A DNA stretch of 28,079 bases from a virus (taxonomy: Duplodnaviria; Caudoviricetes), in the IMG/VR virus record IMGVR_UViG_3300025805_000202, positions 1 through 28,079 of that record; one strand, given 5' to 3'. The notes below the pieces were generated by a model, which searched no databases, was not told where the DNA came from, and saw nothing but the letters and a program-made list of their open reading frames with translations. Below, piece after piece: positions 24,626 through 28,079 of the stretch. A program made the translations under genes and the position numbers. Position 1 is the first letter of the stretch. Each line of letters begins with the position of its first letter.

Positions 24626-25572
24626 CACGCACCTCCCCACAATTCGCCCCAGGTGGCGCGAATCTCGGCGGCCCCCACCCCGTGCAGACCGCCGGGAGAG
24701 CTGATCGCCGCCAAACGGATGGTCTTGCGCACCATGCGCAGCGCCCCCGGCTTGCTGGCGATGGAGCGCAGCAGGGCGAGGCTGTCGGCGTCGAACGCCT
24801 TCCAGGCGCCTGCGTAGGCCTCCACGTCGGCGGCTTGGGGCAGGCTCACCTTGAGCCGCTTGCCGACCCGGCTGAACAGACGGTCGAGGTAGGCGGCCCG
24901 GCTGCCGCTGCCGCCGGTCATGCGGGTGTACACCTCTTCATTGCCCAGGAGCGCCAACCCCACCTCGGTGGCGTCGTGGATCGCCCGCACGGCGTCCAGC
25001 GCCTTGACCCCGAGGTTTTGCGCCTCGTCGAGGATCAGCATCCCACCCTTGCCCCGCATCGCCTTGACGAGGTCGCGCATCGTCGCCGCTGCGCTGCTGC
25101 CAGGCTGGATGCCGACGGCGGCGGCGATCTCGGCCAAGATCGGCATCGGGGTCTCGGTGGTGGGGTTGGCGGTGCAAAACCACACATTGGGGCGGGTCTC
25201 GGCGTAATGCAGGCCGGTGGCGGTCTTGCTGCACCCGGCTCCCCCGTAGATCAGGGCGATGTCGCCAGCCAGCTGGGCGTACCCAAGGGCGGCCAGAATC
25301 TGACCGGCGGTGGGGGTGGCAGCCCATTCGGGGTCGGGAGGCATCCCGGAGGAGTCCTCTTTGCGCAGGTGGTACAGTGCCAGCCAGCGCCCCACCTCCC
25401 GAGCCACCTTGGCGCCGTCGCCCGTGTATTTCTCGGCCAGCCAGGGCGACAGCCGGGACATCGACACCCCGGACTGACGGGCTACTTCGGCCCCGGTCAG
25501 CTCGTCCTCGGTCATCACCTGCTTGACCTGTTGCCTCACCTGCTCTTGATCCACCTCACGTTTGGCCGTCAT
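24625..25572 (-). CDS. Transposition protein B (MuB-like AAA+ ATPase)
   Basis: N-terminal HTH, Walker A-like GGAGCSKT, Walker B LILDEAQ, SRVG, GALR; AAGGAG RBS. Confidence 0.93.
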   Translation of the reverse strand: MTAKREVDQEQVRQQVKQVMTEDELTGAEVARQSGVSMSRLSPWLAEKYTGDGAKVAREVGRWLALYHLRKEDSSGMPPDPEWAATPTAGQILAALGYAQLAGDIALIYGGAGCSKTATGLHYAETRPNVWFCTANPTTETPMPILAEIAAAVGIQPGSSAAATMRDLVKAMRGKGGMLILDEAQNLGVKALDAVRAIHDATEVGLALLGNEEVYTRMTGGSGSRAAYLDRLFSRVGKRLKVSLPQAADVEAYAGAWKAFDADSLALLRSIASKPGALRMVRKTIRLAAISSPGGLHGVGAAEIRATWGELWGGA

Positions 25573-25587
25573 GACGAATCTCCTTTG

Positions 25588-27576
25588 TTATTGGTTGGCG
25601 CCCGTTGAACGGGTCTTGAGAGGTGCTGTTTTGGCGAGGTGCCGATCCAGCATCCTGTTGACGTTTTCTTGGAAGATTCGCTGCCGCTGGGGGTCAGACG
25701 AGGGGCCGACGACATCCCCGTTCGCCACCCGCTTGAGCGGCTGCCCAAAATTGGGGGCGACCAAGCCGGGGGCTGGGATGGACGCAGGGGTGTTGGGGGC
25801 GGGCGTTAAGGCTGCCGCCTCCAGGGCGCCCATCCGTTTGTCGGCCTGGGCCGCAACCTTCTGGGCTTTCTGGCTGCGGGCTTTGTTCTTGGCCCACTCC
25901 CGCCCTGCCTCGGTATCGCCGAAGCCCACCCCGGCGTAGTGCTGCACTTTGCCGATCACCTGGCCGTCCAAGGTGGTCACCGTGACTGCTGCCAGCAGAT
26001 CGGCGGGGTCGTAGTACGCCACCACCTTCTGCCCCTTGCGGTCGGCCATGGCTTCGTTCCAATAGCGATGGGCGCCGTGGGGCCCCTTGCCCGCTTGCAG
26101 CTTGATCTCCCCCCGCTCCCGGCTGGCGGTCACCACCTCGGGCATCAGCAGCAACATTTCCCGCTGCTCCAAGGTCAGCACACGGACGGTCGCGTCCTTG
26201 AAACTTTCGGCAAAGGCTTCGTCGTAGCTCTTCACCCCGGCGCAAATGTCGGTACGCCGGTTGGGCCGGGCGTTAAAACGCACCACTTCTTGCGCCACCA
26301 CCTGCGCGAATTCTGCGTAGGGAATAGCGGTGGCTTTGCTGAAGCCCCGGTCTAAAAATTGTGGGTGTTTGGCCACCAGATCGTGCAATCCGCCAATACC
26401 GAAACTGCGTTCAATCGGTTTGGCGCCGGGGTTCGATTTGGTCATATCGGGCAACGTAAAACGGGGGGTAATCCCCACCAGTTGCAGCAACCCCAGGGGG
26501 TCGTCTTCCCTGTTTTTAAAGCGGTGGCGGTTGCCCGACCGCCCGGTCATCGCCTTGTTGGCGGCGACCACGGTGTTGTCGATCCACGCATCGGTAGGGG
26601 TGCAAATGGCGGTCAGGTCGTAGGTGGCCAGGCGGAAAAGATCGGTGTTTTCGGTTTTGGCCAGCCGGTAGGCCAGAATCTTGTTGCTGCGCAGATCGGC
26701 CCAGAACCAACCGGTGCTGGTGTTCAGCACCTCGCCGTCGGGCCACTTCACCCACAGCTTGTCGAACTTCAGCCCGTCGCCCACCACCGCCTCGCCCGCT
26801 GCGTACATCGACCGATCCCGCTTCTGCGGGGGATACAGGAGAGCCAACGCCACCTCGCCCTCCCGCCAATACACACGGGTGGACTCCTTAATGTCGCTCT
26901 GCACCCGTTTGTGAAAGGTGCGCAGCGCGGGCAAGTCGCCCCACCCGTGCTGCTTGGCCGCTTCGTCCGTGCGGCGGTAACATTCGGCGACGGTGTCCCC
27001 GTCGTGGGTTAAATACAGGGCCAGAAAGTAATCCCACGCAGCCGGGGGAATTTCTTTACGCTCGTGCTGCACGCTCCAGCCGGGGATCATCAGCGCCGCC
27101 CAATCGCTTTTGGGGTGCTCGCGCACTCCTGGGTGTTGGCTGGTGCCGTAATACCAACCGCGTATCGTGGCGGCAGGTATGGCCCATTCCTGGGCCACTG
27201 TTTCCAGCGCCTCGCGCACGGGAATTTTCGCGTCGAGCAGGTCGCGCAATTTAAAAAGGCACATCGCTTTGTTCTGGCCGATGTCGCGGTGTTTTTGCGA
27301 TTTGGTCCACGCCCACCGCCAAAGGTGGGAAGAGCGTTCGCTGTCGGGGGTGGGGTTTTCTGGGGATGGGGGCGTTGGGGCGGCAGGGAGCAACTGTTTC
27401 AACGCGGAGGAATACCCCCCCGAGGCTATCGATTCGATGTTGTACTGCTTAGCGATGCCGCCATTCATGCGGACTTCCCTGGAGGGCCAATCCCTCGCCC
27501 TCCTGGCTACCGCCTGCTTTGATACCCCGGCGGCTGCGGCGATTTCTGCCAGGCTGAACCATTCGACGGGTGTCAT
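25588..27576 (-). CDS. Transposase A (MuA-like DDE transposase)
   Basis: N-terminal EWFSLAEI HTH; acidic triad GDG / IDN / KPIERSF; C-terminal YYDPADL; ATGA coupling to ner. Confidence 0.95.
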   Translation of the reverse strand: MTPVEWFSLAEIAAAAGVSKQAVARRARDWPSREVRMNGGIAKQYNIESIASGGYSSALKQLLPAAPTPPSPENPTPDSERSSHLWRWAWTKSQKHRDIGQNKAMCLFKLRDLLDAKIPVREALETVAQEWAIPAATIRGWYYGTSQHPGVREHPKSDWAALMIPGWSVQHERKEIPPAAWDYFLALYLTHDGDTVAECYRRTDEAAKQHGWGDLPALRTFHKRVQSDIKESTRVYWREGEVALALLYPPQKRDRSMYAAGEAVVGDGLKFDKLWVKWPDGEVLNTSTGWFWADLRSNKILAYRLAKTENTDLFRLATYDLTAICTPTDAWIDNTVVAANKAMTGRSGNRHRFKNREDDPLGLLQLVGITPRFTLPDMTKSNPGAKPIERSFGIGGLHDLVAKHPQFLDRGFSKATAIPYAEFAQVVAQEVVRFNARPNRRTDICAGVKSYDEAFAESFKDATVRVLTLEQREMLLLMPEVVTASRERGEIKLQAGKGPHGAHRYWNEAMADRKGQKVVAYYDPADLLAAVTVTTLDGQVIGKVQHYAGVGFGDTEAGREWAKNKARSQKAQKVAAQADKRMGALEAAALTPAPNTPASIPAPGLVAPNFGQPLKRVANGDVVGPSSDPQRQRIFQENVNRMLDRHLAKTAPLKTRSTGANQ

Positions 27577-28049
27577 TTCCGCCCCTCGTCCTGCCACATT
27601 GGCCCTGCACCCGTGAGTAGCCAGTTGAGGTTGACGCCTTGGGCTGCAATAGAGGCCAAGGCGTCGGCCCCAGGTTTCCTTCTCCCGGCGATATAACTAG
27701 CCAGGGTCCGAATGGGGATGGCCGTGCGGTCCGCAAACTCGATTCTGGTCATGCCAAGCTGTGCAATGGCCGTCTTGAGACGCACCCCTAGGCCGCTCTG
27801 TCCCGACGCAGTTGAATACCTGCTTGGCCAGATCGACGCCGGATCGACGCCGAGGGCTTCGGCGATGATCTGCTGCCCTTTCGGCCACGGGCGGTCGAGT
27901 GCCCCCTTAAGGACGCCGGGTTTGTACCCTTGCTCGGCCGACAACCTGCGCAAGCTCCAGCCGCGCAGACGCAGCGCGCAGACAATCTCGGCCCTGTGCC
28001 AGTCGTTGGCGCAGGTGGTGGTGCCAGATGTGGATGGTTTTTGGCTCAT
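27573..28049 (-). CDS. ner: Ner-family regulator fused to an XRE/Cro-C1 HTH
   Basis: DWHRAEIVCALRLRGWSLRRLS...PWPKGQQIIAEALGVDPASIWPSRY, then LGVRLK...FADRTAIP..TL..Y..G.RKP...VNLNWLLTGAGPM; start uncertain. Confidence 0.85.
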   Translation of the reverse strand: MSQKPSTSGTTTCANDWHRAEIVCALRLRGWSLRRLSAEQGYKPGVLKGALDRPWPKGQQIIAEALGVDPASIWPSRYSTASGQSGLGVRLKTAIAQLGMTRIEFADRTAIPIRTLASYIAGRRKPGADALASIAAQGVNLNWLLTGAGPMWQDEGRK

Positions 28050-28061
28050 GACCGGAGGATA

Positions 28062-28077
28062 GGTCCACAAGTGGACC
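28062..28077. promoter_or_regulatory. Inverted repeat, putative operator upstream of ner
   Basis: GGTCCAC-AA-GTGGACC, 12 bp upstream of ATG 28049. Confidence 0.55.
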
Positions 28078-28079
28078 AT

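Larger units (their letters stand above)
1..28079 (-). mobile_element. Mu-like transposable prophage (internal portion, siphovirus-type tail)
   Basis: Mu gene order ner-A-B-gam-gemA-mor-lysis-gp25/26-terS-terL-portal-F-G-I/Z-T-gp35/36 on one strand; tail tube with no sheath or baseplate wedge genes; no att ends visible. Confidence 0.97.

Noticed and set aside
860-27597. Upstream-extended starts in the ORF track (3370, 8701, 10296, 15626, 18593, 19117, 22689, 24494, 27597)
   Set aside because: Downstream starts with stop/start coupling or family-typical N-termini fit better
1-28079. Mu end sites, c repressor, invertase cassette, mom, tRNA or rRNA genes
   Set aside because: None recognisable; both window edges fall inside the prophage

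Overview
The whole window is the interior of a transposable (Mu-like) prophage with a non-contractile (siphovirus-type) tail module. Nearly all genes are on the minus strand and most are translationally coupled. Right to left: ner-like regulator fused to a second HTH, transposase A, B ATPase, semi-essential genes (DUF551, gam, gemA), mor/C activator, a C4-antisense/antirepressor insert, lysis genes, terminase, portal, MuF, G, protease I/scaffold Z, major capsid, neck, tail tube, frameshifting chaperones, tape measure, tail tip and the start of a tail fibre. Neither prophage end nor the c repressor is in the window. The less ordinary content is mostly RNA-level: (1) a MuF protein with a BECR-like nuclease tail followed by a ~140-nt multi-hairpin element with kissing-loop potential and no immunity ORF; (2) a type II hammerhead ribozyme with a U4C core variant downstream of gam; (3) a P1-type C4 antisense RNA and its target structure upstream of an antirepressor. 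Also notable: a signal-peptide-like leader on the major capsid protein, an apparently perfect in-frame 769-bp duplication in the tape measure gene, a shared late-promoter motif and a candidate strong gyrase site. All family calls are by eye; no searches were run.
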